NCBI RefSeq assembly: GCF_016433145.1 | Contig: NC_058135.1 | Coordinates: 288,185,810 to 288,249,809 of the forward strand | Length of the DNA: 64,000 nucleotides | Direction: 5' to 3' | Source: Gracilinanus agilis | Taxonomy: Eukaryota | In this document: piece after piece, positions 1 to 11,629 of the stretch | Layout: the number at the start of each line of letters is the position of its first letter | How positions within the stretch are numbered: the first letter of the stretch is position 1 | Program-made: the position numbers and the translations under genes | The notes under the pieces: generated by a model | Seen by the model: only the letters and a program-made list of their open reading frames with translations | What the model was told of the DNA's origin: nothing | The model's database searches: none

Positions 1-152
1 GCTTCTCAAGAGGGCGGCCGGGCTGGAGGAGCCTCTTTGCACCTGCGCAACTGGAACCATCGTCACGGGCGTCTGCGGCGGGGGGGTACCTTTTTCCGGA
101 CGGACCGAGCTCCACCGGGGGACCCGCTTCGGGCAGGACCGCTTCCCTTCAG

Positions 153-160
153 CCGGAAGT
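153..160 (+). promoter_or_regulatory. ETS/GABP motif in the VPS51 CpG-island promoter
   Basis: CCGGAAGT 45 nt upstream of the VPS51 ATG, in GC/CpG-rich sequence. Confidence 0.6.
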
Positions 161-204
161 GACCTGCTGTGCTCAGCTGGGGCTCCCTAGCTGGCCAGGC
201 GGTG

Positions 205-3200
205 ATGGAGGCGTCGGCTGGGCCGGGGCCGGGGGCGTCTCCAGAGGGGCCCGAAGCCCCGGAGAGGCGGCGCAAGGCACACGGGATGCTGAAGCTGTAC
301 TATGGTCTCCCAGAGGCCGAGCCCGGAGCCTCGGGGGCCGCCCCCGACCCGCGGGACCCCACGGACCTCAACGGCGCGCACTTCGACCCAGAAGTGTTCC
401 TGGACAAGGTGTGGCCGCGGGACCCCCCAGACCCTTCCCCCCCACCCCCCAGCTTCCTTCCCCCAGACCCTCCCTCTGCACCCCGGGGTCTTGGCCGCCC
501 CTTCCCCCGCCCCAGGGGCTGACGCGGCCCCTCTCGGCCCTCCTAGCTACGGAAGGAGTGCCCGCTGGCCCAGCTGATGGACAGCGAGACGGACATGGTC
601 CGGCAGATCCGGGCTCTGGACAGCGACATGCAGACTCTCGTCTACGAGAACTACAACAAGTTCATCTGTGCCACAGGTGGGGACGGCCGGGGCGGAGCTG
701 CTGGGCCTTCTGCGGAGCTTCAGGGGAGCAGGAAGGCCCACAGTGAGCGGGTGGCTGCGGGGCCCCTGGGGGTCCTGACTGCAGGGACAGCGGGCTCTCC
801 TCCGGGCTCTCCAGCCTCCTCCGGGAGCAGCTGAGAGGGCGGCAGCTGCCCCTCCTGCAGGCTCCCGGCTCTGGGGCCCCTGGCCCTGCCAGCCCCCTAC
901 CCCCACCCCCTGAGGCTCAGGGCAGGCCTGGAGGCTGTTGGGGACTGAGAGGGGTTGGGCCTCCGCAGACACCATCCGCAAGATGAAGAATGATTTCCGG
1001 AAAATGGAGGACGAGATGGACCGCCTGGCGACCACCATGGCTGTCATCACGGACTTCAGTGCCCGCATCAGCGCCACCCTCCAGGACCGCCACGAGCGCA
1101 TCACCAAACTGGCTGGTATGGCCACTGCCTGGCCTGGGGAGGTGGTGGGGAGCAGCAAGAGCAGCTGTGGGTCAGGGGAGGTCATGTTCAGCCTCCTCTC
1201 CCTCCCTCTCTCCGTCCTCCCACAGGTGTCCACGCTCTGCTGAGGAAGCTGCAGTTCCTCTTTGAGCTGCCCTCTCGGCTCACCAAGTGTGTAGAGCTGG
1301 GGGCCTATGGGCAGGCCGTGCGGTACCAGGGCCGGGCTCAGGCGGTGCTGCAGCAGTACCAGCACCTGCCCTCCTTCAGGGCCATCCAGGACGACTGCCA
1401 GGTCATCACTGCCCGTCTGGCCCAGCAGCTACGCCATAAGTTCAGGTACCACGTCCTGCCCCACGGCACTGCCCCTTTACCTCCTCTACCCTGTGCCCTC
1501 CTCTGCCCCAGGCTCTCAACTCTGCCCTCTCTCCCCTACCAGGTTGTCTACATGAGGAGCCTTGTCCCTTCTGGCCCCCTCCCTGTCCTCTGGTCCTGCC
1601 ACCATGTGCGCCCCTTCTACTCCCAGCCTCTGTCTCCTCCCTGCAGGGATGGCGGGGCAGGAGCCCCAGAGCTGGCAGAGTGCGTGGAGCTGCTTCTGGC
1701 TCTGGGGGAGCCGGCGGAGGAGCTGTGTGATGAGTTCCTGGCCCATGCCCGGGGGCGGCTGGAGGCTGAGCTGGGCAGCCTGGAGGCTGAGCTGGGCCCC
1801 TCGCCGCCAGCCCCTGACGTGCTGGAGTTCACTGACCACGGCGGCAGTGGCTTTGTGAGTGGGCTTTGCCAGGTGGTAGCGTCCTACCAAGAGCTCTTCT
1901 CTGCCCAGGGCCCGGCAGGCATGGAGAAGCTGGTGGCTTTTGCCCGGGAGTTGGGTAGCCGCTACTTTACTCTCATAGAGAGGCGACTGGCGCAAGAACA
2001 AGGGAGTGGAGACAATTCACTCCTGGTGCGGGCCCTGGATCGTTTCCACCGGCGCCTTCGGGCCCCAGGCACCATGCTGCCTGCAGCAGGGCTGACCGAG
2101 GCGGCCACTGAAATCGTGGAGCGGGCAGCCCAAGAGCGGCTGGGCCAGCACCTGCAAGGGCTGTGTGCTGCCTTCCTAGGCTGCCTGACCGACGTGCGCC
2201 AGGCCCTGGCTGCTCCTCGACTGGCTGGCAAGGAGGGCCCGGGCCTGGGCGAGCTCCTGGCCTCTGTGGCTGGAGCCATCCTGGGCCACATCAAGGCCTC
2301 GTTGGCTGCTGTGCATCTCTTTACTGCCAAGGACGTCTCCTTCTCCAACAAGGCTTACTTCAGGGTGAGGGGCTGCTCCTTCTCCCTATTCCCCTGGGGT
2401 CCTGCTCACACCCCAGGCCCAGCCCTGGGCCTCCCCAGCTTTCTATGGGAGGGACGGGTCCCCTGGGAACCCCCCATGAGGTGAGCCTGGGTTGTCACTA
2501 GAGCTGTCCATGGAGCTGAGAGCTCACAGCCTAGGGTAGCGGGTCCTGGGTTTGAGTCCTGCCTTTTTCAGGACAGGTCACTGCTACGGGCCACACATTC
2601 TCCCTCTGTAAGAGGAAGGGCCAGCTCTTTGGGTCGCAGGCTGCCTGTTCCAGGTGTGTCGCGGCAGGTCAGAGCCTCCGTGTCTCGGACTCTGGCTCCT
2701 GCCGCTCGGCTCCCCCAGGCGTCTGCCCTGACCGGCTCCCTGCCTCCTCGCAGGGCGAGTTCTGCAGCCAGGGCGTCCGTGAGGGCCTCATCGTGGGCTT
2801 CATCCGGTCCATGTGCCAGACGGCGCGAGGTTTCTGCGACAGCCCCGGTGAGAAGGGTGGGGCCACGCCGCCAGCCCTGCTCCTGCTGCTGTCCCGGCTC
2901 TGCCTGGACTACGAGACGTCCACCATCTCCTACGTCCTCACCCTCACCGACGAGCAGTTTCTTGGGCAGGTGATGGGCGGGGTGGCCACCTCCAACGTGT
3001 CCTCTGGGAAGGATTTGGGCCAAGGGTTATCAGCCCCATTTGATAGGTGAGGAAACTGAGGCAGACGTGAAGGCACTTACTGAAGTTGGAGCCAGAGTTT
3101 GCCTTAGTCTTTGGGGCCAGTTCAAACCTGTCCACTGCCCTGTGCCTTCCCCCAGGGAGGTGAGCTGCCAGGCATGCCCGCCAGTCCACTGAATGGACCT

Positions 3201-4615
3201 CGGGTCAGCCTCCGTAAGGGGTTCTCGAGGTCTTCATTTCAGGACAGGACGCTTGAGGCCTGGCCAGGTCAGGCTACTTCTCACACTAAGGCAGAATTTG
3301 AATCCAGGGTTTCTGATTGTAAACCTCATGCTCTTGCCTGGCCCCGGCCCCCTTGGGTTCTGCCCTTCTCCTCGCTGGTGCTCCACCCTCGGGGGATTCT
3401 GAAGGGCCCCCCTCTGCTCTTGGCCATCCCCAGGACCATTCCCCTGTGACCCCGGTGAGCACCCTCTGTGCGGAGGCCAGGGAGACGGCGCGGAGGCTGC
3501 TGACTCACTACGTGAAGGTCCAGGGGCTGGTTGTGTCCCAGATGCTCCGCAAGAGCGTGGAGACCCGCGACTGGCTCACGACCCTGGAGCCCCGCAACGT
3601 GCGGGCCGTCATGAAGCGGGTGGTGGAAGACACGACCGCCATCGACGTGCAGGTGCTTTCGGGGGAGGGGCGCACCTGCTGGAGTGGGGGACCCACAGAG
3701 TGTCAGCCGTGGGGTTCCCAGAGGAGGGCGCTGTGGCCCGGGGCTTTGGGGGTGCACATCAGGCACCGCCTGTCATTTCCAAGAGACGCGATGCAGCCCC
3801 CATCACAGCCTTGGTGCCCCCCAGCACTGGGTCTGGCCTGGTGCAATCTCTGGTTTAAAGGAAGAACCACTCTGCCTGGGGGAGGGGAGCCCTCCAGGAA
3901 TGGAGGGATGGGGGGGCAGCCCTCACCAGCCTGCTCTCTCCTCCCAGGTGGGGCTCCTGTACGAGGAGGGCGTCCGCAAGGCTCAGAGCAGCGACTCCAG
4001 TAAGAGGACCTTCTCTGTGTACAGCAGCTCCCGGCAGCAGGGCCGATACGCCCCCAGCTACACCCCCAGGTGAGGCTGCAGGAGGAGGGTTAGGGGGGCC
4101 CCACGTCCCTGGGGGGGGCCCCTGCTCACCCAGACTTCTTCCCCAGTGCTCCGATGGACACAAATCTTCTGAGCAACATCCAGAAGCTGTTCTCAGAGCG
4201 CATCGATGTCTTCAGTCCTGTGGAGTTCAACAAGGTCTGTCCTCGTCTGGCATTGTGTCTGTCTGCCTTCCTCCCCCCACAGAGCCCTGGGGGTCCTCCC
4301 CTGCTTACAGACGTCCACACTGACCCTGTCTGCCCCATCCCCACCTCCCCACAGGTGTCAGTCCTCACTGGCATCATCAAGATCAGCCTGAAGACCCTGC
4401 TGGAGTGCGTGCGGCTGCGCACCTTCGGCCGCTACGGCCTGCAGCAGGTCCAGGTGGACTGCCACTTCCTCCAGCTTTACCTGTGGCGCTTCGTGGCTGA
4501 CGAGGAGCTCGTCCACCTGCTGCTGGACGAGGTGGTGGCCTCTGCTGCCCTGCGCTGCCTTGACCCCGTGCCCATGGAGCCCAGTGTGGTGGAGGTCATC
4601 TGCGAGCGGGGCTAG
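205..4615 (+). CDS. VPS51: Vacuolar protein sorting-associated protein 51 homolog (GARP/EARP subunit), 774 aa
   Basis: Exons 205-408, 547-676, 969-1115, 1226-1445, 1647-2364, 2754-2969, 3434-3652, 3948-4069, 4147-4234, 4355-4615. All GT-AG with consistent phases, 2325 nt. Peptides [36 protein letters not shown] and VEVICERG match mammalian VPS51. Confidence 0.98.
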
Positions 4616-4719
4616 CGCCCGGCTCCCCTGACGCTCTCCCCGGGTCCTGGGTGTTCCTTCTCTCCACAGTGACGCGGCCGTTCAAACTCCCCATCTCAGA
4701 GGGGTTCCCCTCTCTCCCT

Positions 4720-4725
4720 AATAAA
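4720..4725 (+). terminator. VPS51 polyadenylation signal
   Basis: AATAAA 105 nt after the stop codon, followed by T-rich sequence. Confidence 0.7.
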
Positions 4726-5787
4726 AAAAAGTTTTCTTCTCCAGTCTGTCCCCTTGGAATTCCTTCTCTGAGGCAGCAGGACAGAAGCAGAGGGTGGCTA
4801 ACCTTCACCCCAGGGCACATGGGCATGCCTCCCTGGGCTGCCCTGAGGGTCTGGGAACTTCTGCCTTCCATCCTCTGGTCCCCCTCCAAGGCCAGCGCCA
4901 GCTCCTCTCTGTCAGGCCCTCTAGCTCACTCCCACTTCTGGCTCCTTCCAGGATGAACATTGCTGTCCCCCAAGATCAAGGGGGGAGGCTCTTAATGAGC
5001 TTTTGTTTCAGGAAGAAGTTTACATTGTGGAAATCACTTCAGACTTCCTCAAAGGCAACCCAGCCTGGCCGCTTTGTGTCCCCCAGTTCGGGGCCCAGTT
5101 GGACAGACTCGGAGGTCTAGTCAGCTATCACTTATTAAATGTTTCCTGCATGCCAAGCACTGGGCTAAACGCTGGCCAAACAAAGGGTGGAGGTTGGGGG
5201 AATGGGGGTGTCCCTGCCTTCCCAGGGCATACTGTCTGATGGAAGAGAATACACAAACAGCTAGGTGCAAATGATCTGTACAGGATAGATTGTGGATGTC
5301 TCTGAGAGAAGACAACAGCATTAGGGAAGCCCAGTATTTCAACCTCTGCCTTCTATCTCAGTGATAACTCCAGGATGGAAGGATGGGCTAGACAAATGAA
5401 GTTAAGTGACATGTCCAGGGTCACCCAGCTAAGGAGTGTCCAAAGCCAGGACCTCCCATCTCCATAGGTGCCCCCATGGAAGTTAATCATGAAGTGTTCT
5501 TGGCATGGTCCCATGACAAACTTTCTGCTCTTCACCACTCTCTGCTGTTGATGAGGCTTTGTTGCTGCTAACCTCTTGCTACTTGGAAAGGAGATCAAGC
5601 ACTTTCTGGGCCGTTTGTGCCTCCTCCTTGTGGTGATTGCATCTCTTCAGCTTGAGGATAGAAGTCAGGATCAGTTGTGGCAATATTGGCCTTTCCCTTG
5701 ATCCATTTCGAGTAGTTTGCCCATTACCTCAACTGAATAGGTCAGTTGGGGCCCCATCATAATGCCATGCCATGTTCTATGGAGAGC

Positions 5788-6448
5788 TGTAAAAATCAGA
5801 TCAAGTCTACACTTCCCATCTTTAGATTTAATCACCAAAGGTGAGAACATCTCCAATTTTGGGAGGTCCGTAACACACGTGTGCTAGAGTGGGTGACAAA
5901 TCAGAGTGACTACCCCCGAGGCAGTCCTAAGAGAAGGTCTGTTATGATTGGACACAAACTAGGAGGGAGGCACAGGAAGTGACCCCTTTAAAAAGAGTTG
6001 AGTGAGTCAAAAGGCCTGGTGCATGGAGGAGTGTTGGCTGGGATCCTGGTGAGACTGTTCTTAATATCTTCTTTGGAATTCCACGAGGTGAGTTTAAAGA
6101 CGGAATCTTCCTGAATATCTCTTAAGGAAATTCCCTTTAATAGAGACTCTGTGACTGAAGCCTTTGCTTCATTCACCTCTGGGCCCTGGACCCTCTGGTT
6201 CTCTGGCCTTCTGGCCCTCTGACTCTCGGCTTGGGTTAATTAGATCTACCTGCATTAACTGGGGAATCATAGTAATTTACCTGCTGCGTTAGATTCTTAA
6301 TTCCTTATTTCTTCTACCTCTTCTCAATTGTAAATAAATTCCCACAAAAGTCCATTTTGACCTGAGGTTATTCCTTAATTGGGGAAATTTCCCCTGGCGA
6401 CCAACCTTTACTATATTCAAACCAAAAACCCCCTTTTTCCCCCTTACA
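5788..6448 (+). mobile_element. Solo ERV LTR (661 bp)
   Basis: TGTAA...TTACA termini, 4-bp target-site duplication GAGC (5784-5787 / 6449-6452), internal AATAAA at 6333. Confidence 0.8.
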
Positions 6449-7808
6449 GAGCCTACTCTCCATTGGTCCAAGGGCTCAAGAGGTGTGACAGCGTAGGCTG
6501 ATAAGATGAAAGAATACAGTCTGCATTTCAATCATGTATCCCAAAGACTGTTTCTGGCAGCCTCAGGCTGGCTTTATTTTTTATACTCTTCTCTTAAGAT
6601 TACATACATGTTGGCATGATTTTCATTCTCACCATACATCTTTTCTTAGAGATAATGGATTAAGTCATACATTAACTTCTACTGAATTACAAAATCATTT
6701 GATTGACATTTCTTAATCTATTTTCTTTGATTATACAAAGGATGCAAAAGTTTGGCAAGAAATGTTCATCATGGAGTAACTGGGCTGGAAATTGTACTTT
6801 CTGGCCATCCATGAGGTACAATTCATGAATTACAGTTTAACACAATAATTGATTACATTTTGACCAATCAAGTCAGGGATGATTTTTTGCTCTATTTAGC
6901 TACATAATTTAATCAAGTGATTTGCTATACTGATTCGTTACACAATTTAGAGAATAATTCAGGTTTCAAAGAAACAATAATCATAACCCGGGCCAAATAT
7001 TATTTCAATAATAGCCTTTCATTATTCAATGCTTTTCAAAGATGACTTGAAGTTTCGGCTAGCCTGCAGGGTTATCAAAACACTCCAGTAGGGAAAGGTG
7101 TACTTGCTTTCCCATATTTCCATTGTCCTTTTCTGTGTTAACATTCTGGATCAGAGATCAGGGAGGGAGGAAAACTTGGAGACTCTTCTGGCCTGTTTTT
7201 GCAGGCACCTGTGTATGGGAGTGAGAGATCTAAGATAGGGTTTTAAAATCTTTAATATTAACTCATTAATTGCTGGTTTGTTATGGAGTGATCTGATCTG
7301 TAGGGGAATTTTTTTTTTAAAGAAACAGACTTTATTCATTTATTTGTTTATTTTTTTAAACTCTTACCTTCCATCTTACAGACAATACTGACAAGGCAAA
7401 AGAGTGGTCAGGGATAGACAATGGGGGTTAAGTGACTTGCCCACGGTCACACAGTTGGGAAGTGTCTGAGGTCAGATTTGAACCTAGGATCTTCCATCTC
7501 TAGGCCTGGCTCTCAATCCACTGAGCTACCCAGCTGCCCCTTGGGAATTTCTGTAAATAATACATGTAGATGGGGATTTCCTAAGGAGTCTGTAGGGGGT
7601 CTGTAAGGGCTCTAGTAACAGCCTTTAGTATTCTTTTATATTTCCCTGGGGCTGAGTAGGGATATTGATCACAATAATTCCAGTTATAAGGAGTGTTAAT
7701 AAGAGAAGAGTCACGCAGGGGAATCCTGAATGGGGGTGACCATCCTCCCTAAAATCCGCTCTGCAGTTCTAGGCTTCAGTCTGAGACCTTGTCATCCAGG
7801 ATGCAGCA
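6449..7808. mobile_element. LTR-like element, copy 1; inverted homolog of 48272-49934, interrupted by a SINE
   Basis: 6481-6610 is the reverse complement of ~49770-49900, and 7590-7808 is the reverse complement of ~48290-48540. Confidence 0.7.
7350..7540 (-). mobile_element. SINE1_Mdo-like tRNA-derived SINE
   Basis: Reverse complement of GGGGCAGCTGGGTAGCTCAGTGGATTGAGAGCCAGG...TGTGACC.TGGGCAAGTCAC with an A-tail. Confidence 0.85.
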
Positions 7809-8169
7809 ATACTTGTCCAATCTTAATCTAGCTGCAACCCTAACTGCAGGCCTCCTTTGTTCTGACAAATCCACAGCCTGACCCCAAAGGCCATTCCACT
7901 TGTGTGGGAGCCTGATGGCCTGTGAGAATGGGGGCTGAGCAAAGCCCTGGCCATAAGAAGGCAACAGAGAAATACTTCTGCCCTCCAGCTTGAAGGCTAA
8001 GCTGGTAGGAAAGTAGAGATAGGATAACAAGGTAACTGGAGGGCATCAGGTAAGACTTCAGGTGGGAAGCACTTCCTGAGCTGGGGTGGACAGAGACCAA
8101 ACTGGAAATTCTGTCTTTGTCAAATTTCTGCAAAGGAAAGGCATATTTAGGGGAGAAAAAGAAAGAACA

Positions 8170-8670
8170 AGGGGCAACGAGGTGACTCGCGAGTTAGGCT
8201 TTGAGGCAGTAGGTCCTGGGTTCAAATGTGGCCTCCAGACACTTTCCGGCTGTGTGACCCTGGGCAAGTCATGTAACCACCAGTGCCTAGCCCTTTATTG
8301 CTCTTATGTCTTGGAACTAATACCTAGTATCCGTTCTAAGAAGGTAAGGAGAAGGAAAAGAGAACCAACTCTTGGACTCTGCAGCTACCAGCTCTATTAG
8401 GGTGACTGGCCAGTTGTTGTATTAGAAGTTTTTCAGTCCTGCCCCAACTTGATGACGCAACTAGAGGGTTTTCTTGGCCGAGACACTGGAGGGTTTGCCA
8501 TTTTCTTCTCCGGCTCATTTGACAGATAAGGAAACTGAGGCAAACAGGGTGAAGTGACTTGCCCAGGGTCCTGCCTCTTGGAAGAATCTAAGACCAGATT
8601 TAAACTCAGAAAGATGAGTCTCCCTGACTCTAGCCTCAGCACTCTATCCACTGTACCATCTGGCTGCACT
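8170..8670. mobile_element. Older CORE-SINE fragments (SINE1-like +, MAR1/MIR-like -)
   Basis: CORE motif GGTTCAAAT.TGGCCTC...TGTGACCCTGGGCAAGTCA on +, and GGAAACTGAGGCAAACAGGGTGAAGTGACTTGCCCAGGGTC. Confidence 0.7.
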
Positions 8671-9558
8671 GGAACACAAAGTGGGGCAGAGGAATAGAAA
8701 GGGTTCAAATGAATGTTGGCAATGGTGCTTCTTGCAAGGTTGGTGGCAACCTCATCTTCAAGTAACCCCAAGATTGACCTTGTGCCAGGCTGAGTTTCAA
8801 GCAGACAATAAAACTTTAAGCACCTGCAATCAACCTTCTGCCCTTGTCCAATGACCCTACCCTTAAGCCATTGTTTATCAGGTTGGGGGGGGGGCAGGGC
8901 TTTGTTCCCTAATGAGCAGGTGTTGGTTCTTCTGCCTCCTAAAATCTATATAAGCACCCCACCCCTCCCCGCAGCTCTGTCTTCCCAGACTGATCTCTAT
9001 GCCTTGGTCAAAGTCCCTTATTATAGCTGGGTTGGCAGTTTTTGTTTTCTTTCATGGGAACATCCGGAAGGCGGACTTTGAAGTCAACCTATCCAGGCAC
9101 CAAGGCAACAAGCACTGACTGAGCCAATCAGGCACGTTCTTCTCCAGCCAAATAAAAGGGAGCCCAGGAGTGTCCTCTGAGACTCAGCCAGGGTCCTGGC
9201 ATGGGGAAGTACCAATCCTGGGTGTCTGAAGATCATATGGCCAGAATCCCTGCTCAGCTCAGGGAGGCCCCTCCAGGCCCTCCCCAAGGGCAGGGATAGA
9301 GGCCACAACCAAACACTTCCTGCTCTGGAAATGAGAAAACTGAAGCTTGGACAGGGCATGTGACTCATCCAGGATCACCCAATGGGTTCCTAGGTCTTTT
9401 CTCTCTGGATTTCAGTAATGGCAATAGTAAGCGTTCCCAGAGCACTTTTAGCTCACAATCCATGTGAGGGAAACTCTCGGCAAACCTTAAATCACTATGA
9501 AAAAAGCTAGCTTTATTTGTAATATGACTTTGGGATGTTGATATTGTTACGCCCATTC

Positions 9559-9559
<1 letters not shown>

Positions 9560-9625
<66 letters not shown>
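9560..9625 (+). repeat. (AAGC)n microsatellite, ~16 copies
   Basis: Perfect tetranucleotide run at the tail of an L2/MIR-like AATAAACATTTATTAAGCACCTAC segment. Confidence 0.95.
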
Positions 9626-9678
9626 TAAACATTTATTAAGCACCTACCATATGCCAGACACTATGCAAAGCAATAGAT

Positions 9679-9870
9679 CAGGGGTCGGCAACGTATGGCT
9701 CTAGAGACATATCTGGCTCCACGTTCTGACCTGCCAGTCTGGGCTGAGCCCCAGGATGTCTCCCAGGGGGTCCTTCAGCCCCTGCCCCATATTCCTATGC
9801 CTTCCGCCTCCATCCACCTCCTTCCGCCGGCGTTTATGGCTCTCACGGCCAAAAAGGTTGCCGACCGTTG
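9679..9870. mobile_element. Non-autonomous hAT (Charlie-like) MITE, 192 bp
   Basis: TIRs CAGGGGTCGGCAAC / GTTGCCGACCGTTG (12/14 match); 8-bp TSD CAATAGAT / CAATAGAG (7/8). Confidence 0.85.
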
Positions 9871-10487
9871 CAATAGAGGATCCAAAAGCCAGTCTCTAAC
9901 TTCAGTAAGCTCACAAGAGAATGGGGGAGACAATATCTAAACAAATATACACCAAGCGAACTCTATAGAGGATAAGTAGGGAAATAATTAACAAAGGAAA
10001 GGCATCAGAATGAAGAGGAGTTGGCAGGACAAGGGGTTTTAGTTGGGACTTAAAAACGAAGCCAGGGAGTGAAGGAGAGAGGAGGCACTTGTCCCAGGCA
10101 GGAGAACCAAGAGAGAATGAACAGAACCAAGAGAGTCTTTGTTCAAGGAACAGCCAGAAGGCAAGTGTTGAAGAGGAGGTGAAGGGAAGTGGGATAAAGA
10201 AGACTGGAAAGGTAGAAGGGGGCAGTTTTTGTATTTGATCCTGGAGGCAAAAAGGAGCCCCAGGAGTTTACCGAGTAGGGGTGACCTGCACTTCAGGAAC
10301 ATCCTTTTGGTAGCTGGAAAGAGGACAGACAGGAATGGGGAGAGATTGGAGGCAGACAGACCCTGGCCCACTGGCCTGTGATTGCAATAATCCCAAAGTC
10401 AGAGGAGGGGGCCTATTGGAGAGGTGCTGCAAATCAACAAGAGAGGGAAAGAGACAAGAAATGGGGAAGTGAAAATGACAAACTATA

Positions 10488-10605
10488 TTACAGAGGTGAA
10501 ATTGACAAAATGCCACAGAGGTGAAATTTGATAAGATATGTTACAGAGGTAAAATGTTGCAGAGCTGAAATTGACAAGATGTTTCAGAGGTGAAATTGCT
10601 AGACC
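10488..10605 (+). repeat. Degenerate ~26-bp tandem repeat (CAGAGGTGAAATTGACAAGATG..), ~5 copies
   Basis: Repeated CAGAGGTGAAATTG units visible directly. Confidence 0.8.
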
Positions 10606-11221
10606 TCTTCTCCATATTGGATGTGGGAGTAGAGAGAGAAGGAAGAGCCCAGTGTTCTAGCCTCAGGCGTTCGGAGGATAGTGTAGCTCTTTAGGGTAAC
10701 AGGGAAGAGGGAGCTGATACACTTATCACTTCCTATGTGTGAAGTGCCGAGCTAAGAGCTTTACAAGGATGCCATTCAATCTTCCCAACAACCCTGGAAA
10801 AGAGGTGCTATTAGTGACCCCATTTTTACAGACAGGAAGCTGAGACAGGTGAAGTGTCTTGCCCAGAGATATAGAGCAAGTAACTGAAGTCCCAATTTAA
10901 GCTGCAGACTTCCTGACTCCAGACTCGAGGCTCTATCAACCAGGCCACCGCTGTGCAGCTGAGGCACTTGAGCCTGGGAGAGGCGAGAGGAGTTGCTGGA
11001 AGTCCAGGGCCCAGTGTCAGTGTCAAATGTCAATGGTGGAGTACGAATTCGGCTCCTATCTCCGGCCCAGGCCACTCTGCCAGGACGCCATCGTCTTTCC
11101 AGCTCAGGGAGCTCGAGTCAGGATGGACGGGGCTGCACAGCCAGCCTAGGTGGCCCAGAGGGGGCAAACAGGTAGTGGGGAACAGGGAAGAGAAGGGCGG
11201 GAGGATCGGCAGGAGCAGGTG

Positions 11222-11345
11222 TGGGGCGGACCTGGGGGCGGGGGCACTGTCCCATCTCTGCTAATCCCAGTCGAACTGCAAGACCTGCAGGACGGGAACC
11301 CAGCCCTGCCTCCGCCCCTCTAGACTGGGATTGGCTGATGGGGAG
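11222..11345 (+). promoter_or_regulatory. Probable TM7SF2 promoter: GC boxes and inverted CCAAT
   Basis: GGGGCGG at ~11223 and ~11236, TCCGCCCC at ~11311, GATTGG at 11329-11334. A GC-box plus NF-Y layout is typical of sterol-regulated promoters; no exact SRE identified. Confidence 0.5.
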
Positions 11346-11629
11346 CCTGGGGCCCCAAGGATTGGAGCTGGGGATGTGGGAGGAGGATGGCGAGGCAGCG
11401 GACGAGCTGAGCCAGGGGCGGAGAGATCAGGAGGTTCGGAGAACCCCTATCCCACCTATCCTTGCCCCTTCCCCTGCCCCTGCCCCTGCCTCTGCCCTGC
11501 ACCCTGCCTGCGGGATAGCAGGGAAGCGGGGCGGCCTGCCCTCTGTTTTTGGCCTGTTCTCTCAGCGCCCCCTGGCTCCTCAGCCTTCTTCCCTTTGTCT
11601 TTCTTTCCCTCGGCCTCAGATCCGGGACC

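Noticed and set aside
1-60. Minus-strand ATG at 60 opening a frame that runs off the window (possible divergent neighbour of VPS51)
   Set aside because: Only 20 codons are visible and they do not match the expected neighbour as I recall it.
63-4615. Many long alternative-frame and antisense ORFs over VPS51 (also over ZNHIT2, FAU/MRPL49 and SYVN1)
   Set aside because: These are shadow ORFs expected in GC-rich coding or CpG-island DNA; they show no family motifs and the spliced genes explain the sequence.
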